Of a stretch of 64,000 nucleotides of DNA, positions 12,701 through 25,200 are shown piece after piece. Source of the stretch: Lytechinus pictus (taxonomy: Eukaryota); contig NC_087250.1 of assembly GCF_037042905.1 (NCBI RefSeq), forward strand, positions 18,850,001 to 18,914,000. Reading direction: 5' to 3'. Positions within the stretch are counted from its first letter, which is position 1. Each line of letters begins with the position of its first letter. The position numbers and the translations under genes were made by a program. Under the pieces are notes generated by a model. The model did no database searches, was not told the origin of the DNA, and was given only the letters and a program-made list of their open reading frames with translations.

Positions 12701-15700
12701 TTATATTAAGACCTCAATATGGGGCAATCACTTTAAGTAGTCATGAAAAAGAAGCATAATATGCCATATGACATATTATGTCACTACATAAAACAATAAT
12801 TCTAAGTGCGAGGAAATCTATTTGGTGTGTATTGACTTGAAAACGGGAGGTTTTAGTACAATAGGATTATATATCTCCTTAAACAGACAATGCGAGCACC
12901 AGGAACAATGAAGACATAAGCCCTGAGCAAATTGTGTTTCATAAAGTTATGAAATTTTTGAAATGTAATATAACATAACATAATTATTATATAACATTAT
13001 AATGAACAATAATTTTTTTCTTTCCTTCTTCGTTTCTTTCCCTTTCTCTCTCCTCTTCTCCTTTTCCCCGGTTTTTTTTTTTTTTTTTTTTTTTTTTTGC
13101 CAGCCGATTGGGGGGGCACGTGCCCCCCCATGCCCCCCCGTAGTTACGCCACTGCTGTCTGAAGTAAAATGTCTTTATTTATATACAAACAAAACTAAAA
13201 ACGTCTATCCATATAAAATGGTCATTCTACAACACCTTCAATAATAAAATTCAAATCAGATTTTTCTTTCATTTCAATAGTTCTGTTCTGGAAGATTAAC
13301 AAATGTAGGGAAAAATTATGTTGGTTTAAAAAATAAATTTGTCTTTAATTACATACTAATGAAAGAAAAATGTATTTTTTTTTAAATGTGCGCTCGACAA
13401 GTACTAGGAATTGAAATGAAACTAAATTTCATATTTTTTCTTCCCTTTTCAAATTTTCTTCAGCTTTGTGATCCATTATTTGATAGAAGAGAAGACACAG
13501 CCGAATGGCAAGATCACATTCGTCTCTGAGAAGCAGTCTCACAAATACTTGGCTGTGGTATGTTATGTCTCTTTTTTTTTTCTTACAGTAGAGAGGTACA
13601 CACTTTTCATATGGTCACAATCAATCATCTTTGCTCATCAAATTGGCAACAATTGTTTTTCTCCTTAAATTGGCAGCATTTGTCATATTTGAAAAATATC
13701 TAAATGTAACATGAGTTAAAATGAGTTATAATTCCAAAATAGTAATAAAAGCTGCCAATTTACACGATTAAATACAGATTTTGCACTTTTTATGGCATTC
13801 TCATTTGTAATGGTGAACTTTATTTTTATAAAGCACCACATAATGCATAAGAAATTGGGTTAGTTATTTTGTATAGTATATTTTGCTTTTTTAATCATCC
13901 CAATGCTTAATTGCTACATGTAGCATTTTAGATAAGGAGATATTGCAAAAGGAGAAGTACCTGTATGGTTTTAATAACTATTTTCTTGAAGATAAACTTA
14001 ATTAGTAATTGATTCTATGTAACCCCCCTCCAAACAAGAAGAGAATGAGTATAACATACCGTCTATGATTTCCTGTAGATAACAGGTTTTTATGAAAATG
14101 GGGCCTCCAAATACTTTCATTCTGTTTAGTATCCACATGTACATGTCAAAAGACACAAAAGTATCTGATAAACAACTTCTTCCTTTGTGTTACATTTCAT
14201 TACAGAGAAAACCAATTCAGCAACTTCAGGCAGCATCGGCCCTAACTAGGATACTTGTATTGTGCGATAATGTCCTGACGTTGCTTCATATGTTCAATCT
14301 AGAGGTATATATGAACCCCCTTCCTCCTTCCCAATCTCCTCTCCTTCTTACCCTACACTTCTAACCCTGCCCCACTTGCCCTGCCTCTCTCCCCTAACCA
14401 GGATGTTTGTATTGTGTTTTAATGTCCTGACATTATAATATAATAGTAATAATAATAATAATAGCGGTATATTTACCCAGGGTAGTCACTTCAGTTCCGA
14501 AAGCTGTTCTCCCAGCGGGCCCTGCTATTATTATCCTGGATTTAGCTGGGCTGCCTAGGCGCTCAAGCATTCAAGGAATTAATCCTGCCGGGTACCCATT
14601 TACCTCACCTGGGTCGAGTGCAGCACAGTGTGGATAGATTTCTTGCTGAAGGAAAACACACCATGGCTAGGATTCGAACCCACGACCCTCTGATTGAAAG
14701 GCAAGAGTCAGAACCACTAGACCTTGATGCACCCACAATTGCTTCATATTGCGTCATATGTTTAATCTAGAGGTACCTGCCTACCCCATTCACTCTCTCT
14801 GTCTCTCTCTTTAATTCTGCTCTCTCTTCTTTGATAAGTCCGCAGGCTTAAACCCACAGTTTGAAAAAAAAATGGGGGTCTGAAGATCCAGACTACTGGA
14901 CTTGAATCGGAATAAGCTACTGAAGCTTTTCCAAAATGGAAATCATGCTAAACTACTGACAAGACCCATTTGTTGATGAACTTTAAAATGATGGGGGAAG
15001 GGGAGGGGGATGGTTTAATGTACTCGAGAATTCTGCTAGATTTCTCGATCCAACTCTGAAACCCACCTATTTATCTTGAATATTTTTTACATTTAATCTA
15101 ATCACGATATTTTTTGTCAAGATTTGCACAGACCGACTCATTACAACACGAGGGGAGGGAAAATATTCAAAGATGATTTTTATTAAGTCAACCTTAAATG
15201 ACTACTAGTATTTGACCCTTTTGTACATTTTTGCAATATTGAAATTGATAATTTTCTCTCTTCTATTTTCTTTTATCTCTGCCTAGCCTATTCTAAGTGG
15301 TGCCAAGATCAAAGGAGTGAGTATGAATAGATGTTACATATTTTAATTCCTTACCCCATTTGTAAAGCAATTTTAACTGAAAATTATGAGCTGTAGCGAT
15401 AACTTTACATTTTCAACGTGCCAATCAAGGTTTCCATGGTACACTGTAGTTACAATAATGGCAAAGTAACCGTAGTTATTACTCTTTATGAAACAGGCTC
15501 CAGATATGGGGAGTAAAATAGTACCACTTACTTTTATAAACATTCATTATATGCTCACAAGTTAGACCAATTTACTGAATTCAGTAATAGGCAAAGGGTT
15601 CAAAGGGCGTCATTTTTGCTTGGAGGAACTCGTGACATAATGGTTCCATTTTGGTGTCCTGATGCATATCGTGTGATTTTGTAAGGATTTCATTTTGAAG

Positions 15701-15865
15701 GATGGTGGTAGATTGCTTACTCTGGAGAGATCTCCTGTGTTAGTATATTATCATTATTATTATTATTAGTAGTAGTAGTAGTATTAGTAGTAGTAGTAGT
15801 AGTAGAAGAAGTATAAAAAAAGAGAAATAGAAGTTTTAGTAGTAGCAGCAGCAAAAGTAGTACAT

Positions 15866-15932
<67 letters not shown>

Positions 15933-15999
15933 GTGTAGTGTAGTGTAGTGTAGTGTAGTGTAGTGTAGTGTAGTGTAGTGTAGTGTAGTGTAGTGCAGT

Positions 16000-16040
<41 letters not shown>

Positions 16041-16104
16041 CGTAGTAGTAGTAGTAGTAGTATTGGTGGTAGTAGTAGTATTGGTGGTAGTAGTAGTCGT
16101 TGTC

Positions 16105-16138
<34 letters not shown>

Positions 16139-16149
16139 AAGTAGTAGTT

Positions 16150-16204
<55 letters not shown>

Positions 16205-19200
16205 AAGTAGAAAAAAAGAGAAATAGAGAAATAGAAGTTTTAGTAGTAGCAGCAGCGAAAGTAGTACATGTAGTAGTAAGAGTAGTAGTAGTAGTAGTAG
16301 TAGTAGTACTAGGAGTAGTAGTAGAAGTAGTAGTAGTAAATTAATAGTAATTTCATTTTTGTTATTATATTTATTGTTCTTGCTTCAATTCTCGTTCAAA
16401 GGTGACATCATTCTGTGTAAATGAGAATCCAAGAAGCGGTAGTCCTTTCAGCGTTGAGGTATGTAAAATCTTTAAAGGGGAGGTTCATCCTGATGAGGAT
16501 GTATTGATAAAAGCAGGAAAAAATGAGAAATATATTGGTTAAGGTTTGACACAAATTTATCAGTAAATAATAGAGAAATATGAATTTTTAAAGATGAGTT
16601 TGTGATGTCATATCGTCAGTGTTCATCCGAACCGTCGTATCGGTCAATTTTGGTCAAAAACTTGATTTTGAGATTTTTGCAGAAAATGAAAGTACAAGTC
16701 CTTTTTTATTAATAACTAGATTTCTCTGCAGCAATTTATTTTAGTGTTTGAGATATAAGGGGATTTTCACGGCGATGCCATACAAATTTTCAATAAAATG
16801 CGCAAATCCCATTGGAAACGTGTACTGTAACAGAGCGATACAACATTTTGACTGACCACGATTTCAATGCGCACGGTCAGCCAAACCGTCGTCTCGGCAC
16901 TGGGCACTGCATTGACTTTGCACGTGAAAAGCGATACAGCATCGCGCATTGAAATCGCAGTCAGTCAAAACGTATCGCCCTTTCCCTATGGCGTTTTTGT
17001 ACAGGGAAAATCTAAGCTGCTCAAACCGAAATTACAAGCATGTAGCTCTTTTGCGATATTTTCTCTGATCCTGAGTTTTGTGTAAAAGTAAGGATACCAA
17101 TGTCAAGCAGTTATCTTGGTCTTTCCAACCATGTATTTCTCTAGCAATGAATATGTTGTAAGGTAGGGGAACTAAATGTGAAAACTATTGTAAACTTTGA
17201 TGTTGATTTTCTCTGAAATGGGTTTGCACCGTCATATGAGTGATACGACGGTTCGGATGACCGCCGACGATATAGGAGCTGCTGCTTCATATGTAATGTA
17301 ATATTTTTCTCTTTTTCCTCTTCCCTGTTTCTTGTACTTTCCTTTCCTATCTTTCTTTCTCCCTCTCCGCCTCTGTCCGTTACTCCCCTCTCTCTCTCTC
17401 TCTTTCCCTCCATATTTTCTCCTTCCCTATCACCAATCAGATCGCTGTGGCTACAAAGAGGCGTTTGGTTCAAGTCTACTCTGTGACGGAAGACAAGATG
17501 GTCCTGGTTAAAGATGTATCCATACCAGATATGAGTGTCAATATTGTGAGTATACGATGATGATGATGGTGATGATGATGTCTGTTGATGATGATGATGG
17601 TGTTGATGATGGTGTTGATGATGATGATGATGATGGTGGTGATGACAATGATAATGATGATAATGATGGTGTTGATGATGACTATGGTGATGATGATGAT
17701 AACGATGTAGATGGTGATGATGATGATGTGGATGATGAGGATGACTGATGATGGTGATGATGATGATGTATTCATACCAGATATTTCTGTCAATATCGTC
17801 TGCATAGTAATAGTAGTAATAACAATAGTAGGTTTTACAATGCTGTCTCTATAGAAATATTCTGTTTTGAGGTGCACAAGCTAAATGGTATACATTCTGC
17901 ATTTGCAACTTCATCTCCCTTTTGAAATTAAAAAGTACTTGATTGTATCTTCCGTAGGGCATCGATTCATTTTGCGTCTGTGTTGCCCTTAGCAACCAGT
18001 ACATCCTGGTGAACTATGACACAGGTCAAATCACGGACCTCTTTCCCATCGAGACGGAGCACACCACGCCGGTCATCAAGCGTGTTGGAAGGGTAGGTTT
18101 TTATCAGGGCCCCGTTATATAAAGCTTAGCAATTTGATTATTAGGCTGGTTTCTATGATTGATTGCATTGATTATTGTGTATGATCAATCATAGATATCA
18201 GCCTTATGATCAATTATAATCTTTATGTTACGGGTCCAGGGTTGAAGATACATGACCCTGTCTTAATGGAGAAACTTACACCAGGGGCACGTAACATAAA
18301 GCTTAGTGATCGATTGTTGGGCTGATTGCATTGGTTATTGTGCATGATCAGTCATAAAAATCAGCCTCACCATAATTACATGTACCAGTTTATTCTCCAG
18401 GGCCCTTGTATTCCCTCTCAAAATCCGGGCAGTGTTTCGTGAAACAAATATTCAGTGATATGCACTCATTGACCCGTTGCAAACTCGAACCGGGTTATAC
18501 CTGTACAAATCCGTATCTATGCATGTAAATGACAAACCATGGATGAACTGCAATATTAAGTCATTAATTTTGCAAAGGCAAAAATCTTGGCATGCTCGTA
18601 ACCAAGTCCTTTGGCGGTATTTAAGAAATAAAGTAATAAAATCGATTAGGGTTGCTAAGAAAGAGTTATACAATAAAAGAGTACGCAACCTTAAAACTCA
18701 GAATCCTGCTAACTGGTATCGACAAATTAAGTATCTGACAAATGGTCCTCAAAATCTAGCACCAATTAGCATTCCGGGTCTGTTAACGGATGTTCCAAAT
18801 AATTATAAAGAAACTGCCAATCGTATAAATGACCATTTTCTACAAATTGCTTCAAACTTACCTAGGTTGAATAAACAACTATTACCGTGTTTCTTACCGG
18901 CGCCCTCTATGTGCCCTATTGTTCAGCCGTATGAAATATATAAACTACTGTGTAAACTAAAATTACAAATATCAAGTATCTCCAATAATTTACCAGTCCG
19001 CATTATTCAAGAGTTTGCAGTTGAATTGAGTACTCCGTTGGCTGATATCTTAAACTCATCTTTCCATCTAGGTGTTTTTCCTCAAATGTAGAAGTATGCT
19101 GAGATCATTCCTGTTCCTAAGTCTTCCCCACCAACAATCAACGAGTTAAGACCAATTGCATTAACATCATTCTTTGCAAAGATTGCGGAAACCTTTATTG

Positions 19201-22200
19201 CAAAATGGCTTTGGGAAGATATTTCGAACAAAATTGATCAAAATCAGTACGAAAACAGAAAAGGAATTTCTACATGTCACTATTTGATTGGGTTGTTACA
19301 TGAATTATTTAGGAATGCTGATAAACCTAAGTCAATATCAACAGTCATACTGACGGATTTTTTCGAAAGCTTTCGATCGGATAAATCACAATATTCTTAT
19401 TACTAAATTATGTGAAATGCATGTTCGACCTTGTGTTATACATGTATCTTTGGTAGTAGATTTCTTAAATAATCGTCAAAAAACTGTGAAGAATAGGGGC
19501 CAGTTATCGAAATCAAAATGCAGTGTCATGGGTGTACCTCAGGGTACCAAGCTTGGTCCCATTTTATTTTTGATAATGATAAATGATGCTTCTAGTGATA
19601 GCATTTTGTCATATTTTAAATATGTAGATGACTTAACCATGGTAGAGTGTAGAATGAATAATCAAACTTCACAAATATAAACTGAAATTGAATTACTTGA
19701 ATCATGGACTTCTCGAAATGGTATGGAACTCAATGCATCAAAATGCTCTACAATGTCAATTTCATTTTCAGAACAACCTCTTCAACCGCAAGTGATCTAT
19801 ATAAATAACACCCAATTGCAATGTGTAACCACGGTGAAAATCGTAGGAATTACAATTCAGAATGATTTAAAGTGGAATGCTCATGTAACCGAAATAATGA
19901 AAAAGAGCAATAAAAAGTTATACATGCTAAGAAGATTGAAAGCTTACAATCTACCTGAATGTGATTTGTTAACAGTGTATATAGGGTATGTAAGACCAGT
20001 CCTAGAGTATTGTGTACCTCTATTCGCCGCTTCTCTTACTTTGAAACAGATAAAAGTTATTGAAACTGTCCAGAAAAGAGAATGCAAGATAATATTGGGA
20101 ACCAAGTATCTATCTTATGACATGGCTCTAAATACCTTAAATTTGACATCACTTGAAAGTCGAAGAGTAAAACTTACCACAGATTTCGCTTTAAAATCAA
20201 GGAAAGTTGTCAGATCAGGGCCCCGTCTTACAAAGAGTTACAATTGATCCAATCAATCGTAATCTATGGAAATCCATCAGAGTCATAATTTTTTTCTACA
20301 GGAAATGTGCACAATGTCCTTTGTAAACAAGGAGAAGCACAGTGAATTTTCAAGACAACGATGAATGCATGAATATACACCATAGCTAGAAAATATTTTG
20401 ATCAAACATGCATTATAGATGTTGACATTGCTGGCCGTCCATAGTTGCGATCGATTGGATCAATCGCAACTCTTTGTAAGACGGGGCCCTGACATCTCGT
20501 CAGATAACAAATGTTGATGAAATGCAGCTTCCCAGGATTGATCGCTGTTTTCATCTACATGTGAACTGCAATCACCAGTACAGTGGATTTTATGTTTCTT
20601 TCCTCTGGGTAGGAGGAGTTTTTACTCGCCGGTCCCGGTGCCCTTGGAATGTTCGTCACCTCCGGGGGCATGTCTCAGAGGCCGCCACTGAAGTGGGCGG
20701 AGTCTGTTTCAGCGGTCAGTTACACCTTTCCTTACGTGGTGGCGCTGGATGATGAATTCCTAACAGTCCACAGGTAAAAAAAACGATATGTTTGATCTCA
20801 GATAATGATATCGTGGTTTCTTCTCAAATGTTGATAATGTGGTGCGTTGTGTCCCATTGGATTAGTCTCTGGACTTTGTAACAGTGTGTTTGAATCCCAG
20901 CCATGGCTTAATTTTTTTATAGCAAGAAATTGATCCAAAATGTGCTGCACTCAACCCAGGTGAAGCAAATGGATGCTTGCTGGAAGTAACTCTTCAATTG
21001 GTGACTTTCTGACAGGTGTGACAATACTCTTTGTTAGGCAAAAATTATTATATATATTTATTATTATTTATTTTATTTATTTTTTTTTTTGGGGGGGGGC
21101 TACTTTTAATAATAATAATACATGAGATTTGTATAGCGCACTTTCCATCTTGATTAGATGCTCAAGGAGCTTCAGAGCAGAACAACAAAAACTATTTAAA
21201 TGTAATACATGTCTGAACAATAAGTCAATGTCTATCAAAAAACACTCTTATACAGGTATATCTTCAGGTTGCCCTTGAAGGTGGTCACTGAAGTCTGAAG
21301 TCACAACTTACCGCCTAAATTTGCAACATTTGATAAGCTTTGACATTACAATAAATGGGGTTTTTCCAGGGTTCGTTTAATGAGTTTGTAGGGCTCTTTT
21401 GGGTATTTTGTGGGTGAAATCGCCCCAAGCCCCCCTGTCCCCATATATAGTTGTTTTCAGTGCATAATGAATTGCAATTGTAAAAGTTCCTCCATGTGCT
21501 TTTCAAGGACAATGACTAGTATTATTTTTCAACAAAGCAATCGATCCATATACAAACATTTGTTTATTTATAGGACACGACCACTTCTCAGAAGGGCATA
21601 TATTATAGGACAAATTATTGGAGAATCCAGCCTTGGTCATAAAATGTTGTGTTGGAAAGGAGAAAAATAAATAAATCAGAATGGTGAAAGTTTGAAAGTA
21701 ATCGGACAAGCAATCAGAAAGTTCTGGCTGCTTTAAATTTTGAGATCACTAAGAGTAATTATGTACCGGTAGATTTTAAATTGGCAACTGGGGAAGTAAA
21801 TGATGACAAATATTTGGGTTGGATTCCCCATTAAAGGGAAGAGCAAAAATTTGAGGCCAGTTAATAGGCATTAAAGACAATCAGTATAGTATCCGAGGCA
21901 ATGGTCTTGTGAGCCAATTTACCTGAAATTAATGTATTTCAACAAAATATCATGTAAACAACCTCATTGTCAGTATCCTAGCTCTTCATCTTAAAAAAAT
22001 AGACATCTATTCCATATACACACCCCTCATTTCAAATGGAATCACCTTGTTTACTTGGTGCTCTCTCATTCAACAGTGTATTGGACCAACAGCAGAAGCA
22101 GACCATTCCATTCCAAGGAGGGAAGTTATTGGGTGACTTTGAAGGAAAGATGTTTGTCGCTTCCAATAAAGAGGTTTATGCATTGGTTCCGCTTCCAGTT

Positions 22201-25200
22201 GAGAAACAGGTAAGTGTAGGGTTTCACAAAACAAATAGTTGGTGATTTTTGAAGGTCCCACATATGTGACTCGTCATACCGAAATGAGAGACAACTCGGA
22301 ATTTTTCAAATCCAAGTTTTGTAGTGATTATTGTTCTCCGTTTCTTTACCATTAATTTGATATATCACTCGACCCTTAAGAGTAAATAATAGTGGAGATA
22401 TTAGCCTTAGAATGCAAGAAGAATTGGGCTTTTGAAAATAAAAATCAAGAGAAAAACGCCTTCGAAGTTTGACTTCCGTTTTGAATCCGCTCCATGAAAA
22501 AATCTATTTTGCCACCGCCGAGCTAACCGAAATGTCCTAGCAACCGCTTGCCAAAGAAGGCGAAACGATTGACCAATGAGGAGGCTGCATTTGGAACAAT
22601 AGCGAACTTGCAGGTCACGCGCGACTGCAAGACGAAACAAAGTTAATGTTCTGGTTCGATATGTCAATCCACTGATCTTCTATACAGATCAGTGTAATAG
22701 CTCCATAGTTATACTGGGATTTTATAATTATATTCGTGAAAGAAATAATTGTCATGATCTCCCTTTTTAATGAAATAAAAGGCAGGGAGAAAAGGTCGGA
22801 CCTAACACCAGTGAGGAGGGAGTATACCAATGATTTTCATTGTATCATCGTCTTGTTTATTAAATAATAATAACAATTTCATATACCGCAAATTGCCTCT
22901 ATGCGGTTGTTTGAATGTCGATCGCGTTTACTCTCACATGTAATCTATCAAGCGAGTCATTATGACCTAAACTTTAACCGCATGTTCTAATAAAAAGAAC
23001 TATCCGTTGTAAAATGGTAAGATAAGCCTAAAAAATAGTTCAATTTGAACCTTAACTTTATACGAAAGGCTTGTGTGATCATGTTTTATGAATGCTTATG
23101 TTAGATTGAGGCAGTGAGAACAAAAAACGTGAATAATTTGCTCAATATCGTCTATTATCGATCTTTTTTTTTTTTGGGGGGGGGGGTATAATTATTTACA
23201 GCATTGGAATGATTTAAAATTAGTATGAAAAAAAACAAAGATATATTAATGAAAAAAAAGTTATAGTGATTCTAAAACTGATTCCGGAAAAAAAACCTGG
23301 CATAAACGTCTTAACTTTACAACAAAAAGAGCGAGGAGGTACCCTGAGTAAAATCCCGCCACAATTATTTCCAACAAAGGATAGATTAGGGGAGTTAAGA
23401 TTTTTTTTAAACTAACAAGTGCACACCTAGTTACCAAGAATGCATACAACATTCCACTTATTTGAATGCAGGATAAACCCCGGGCTTCCTATGTATAGTC
23501 AGGCACCTTGGATTACTCGGCCACGACACCTCCACGAATGCTGATTTTCGGATCGATATCAAGCACAAAAAATATTTTGGTTGTGCCGTGGCCGAGTGGT
23601 CTAAGGCGCCTGGCTATACATAAAAAGTCCGGGGTTCGATCCCCGGCCGCGGCACCTATGCCTGTGAGCAAGGCATTTAATGTGCAATGCTATTTTATCC
23701 TGCTTTCAAATAAATGGAAGTTCTATAGGCATTATTGGTAGCTTGGTGTGCACTTGTTTAAAAAAAATATATATATTCTAACGCAGTAATACAGATAAAG
23801 AATCAGAAGATTGTTGCAAATGCCTTGTGCAACAATGATGTCTTTGTAAGATTGAATGATTAAAGCAAGAACAATAAAAGCTGTTCGATATTCTTTCGCA
23901 TGTGTTCACTCTCAAACATAAAAAAAAAAAATAAGACGAAGAATGGAGGAAAAATACGGTGGGCGTGGGCAGGAAAGAGGAAGAAGAAAGAACGGCTGTG
24001 AAAAAAAAATAGAAGATCGAATGGGGAGAAGAACGAATAATACAGAACAACAAAAGAAATAAGAGGAAAAAGGATGAGGAATAAGACGGTGGGGTGAGCA
24101 AGAGAGAGGAATAAGAAGGAAAAAAGGGGGAAGAAATGAGGTTAAAAAATATTGAGAGCAGATCGACGGGGGAGAAGAAAAAGAAATGGAGGGGGAGAGG
24201 AATAAGATGGTGGGAATGGGCAGGGGAGAGGAAGAAGGAAAACATAATTATATAAAGAGGAACGAAAGAAAAAAAGAGGAATAAGGCGGTGGGTGAGGGA
24301 GGGAGAAAACAAAGAAGGAAAAAAGAAAGAAAACCGGCAAAAAGAGAGAAGATCGAAGGGTGAGAAGAACGAAAAACAGAATTATGTAAATAGAAACGAA
24401 AACAAGAAGAAAAGGGGAAAAATTGAAAAAAAAGTGGAGGGTGAAAAAAAGGCAAGAGAGAAGAAGGAAAGGAGGGGGAAAAATCGGCAGAGAAAAAAAG
24501 AAGATCGAAAGGGAAGAAAGAAAAACAGATTAAGCGGGACGAAAGAATTAAAGAAGAGAAAGGGGATGAGATAGAATAGGGGAGGGGGTTAGAGAGAGGA
24601 GACCGAATGACCTGAATAAGAAGAGCGAACGAAAAGGGGGAGAGAGGAAGAAAGGAAGAAATAAAACACAAGAAAGACGAAGAAGTAGGTAAGAGAATAA
24701 GAGAGAGGGAAAGAGAGAATAGATCTGGACACAGTCGAATGGAACAACATGACAATGACTTTTATGAAATGTTTATAACAATATGTGTATTTTAAATGAC
24801 TGATATTTTCAATCAATGTCTTTATCCAAAAAAATGCACTAAACCTTTTGCATGTTCGTTTCGGCCATTTTTCATTGGTCGACGTTAGCTGTCTCAGACT
24901 TCCTGTTTGTACAGTTATTTCTTTCGCTTTCTCTATCGTTCATTCAAACATGATAAAAATTGAGGGCAACAATGTCTTGATTATAAATAATTGGAAATAA
25001 TGAAGCCCACCAAGCTTTCTACATAAATTTTGTTTCGTTTGTTAAAGATACTGCAGATCAATTAACTCACATTCACGAACAAACAATACTTTTAAGGATT
25101 GTAAACCCTTTCTTTTGAAAATGTTCTATCTTGAAAACATCCCGATCACTTGCAAATGATGGAGAGAATCTTCAACATGTCCATGTTATGTTTAATGAAA

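Noticed and set aside
15993..17877. Poly-Ser, poly-Val, poly-Asp and poly-Ile/His ORFs
   Set aside because: Translations of (AGT)n and (GAT)n microsatellites.
18470..20247. Active or domesticated reverse transcriptase
   Set aside because: Multiple stops and frameshifts, truncated at both ends; the ORF tail reads into MITE sequence.
23583..23655. Possible tRNA gene (also 30631-30700 and 32185-32255)
   Set aside because: A and B boxes are present but anticodon arms are irregular, and the sequences run into SINE bodies; two of the three have related copies elsewhere in the window.
23778..24755. 325-aa minus-strand F/S/L-rich ORF
   Set aside because: Antisense of a purine-rich tract that lacks stops by composition; no domain.
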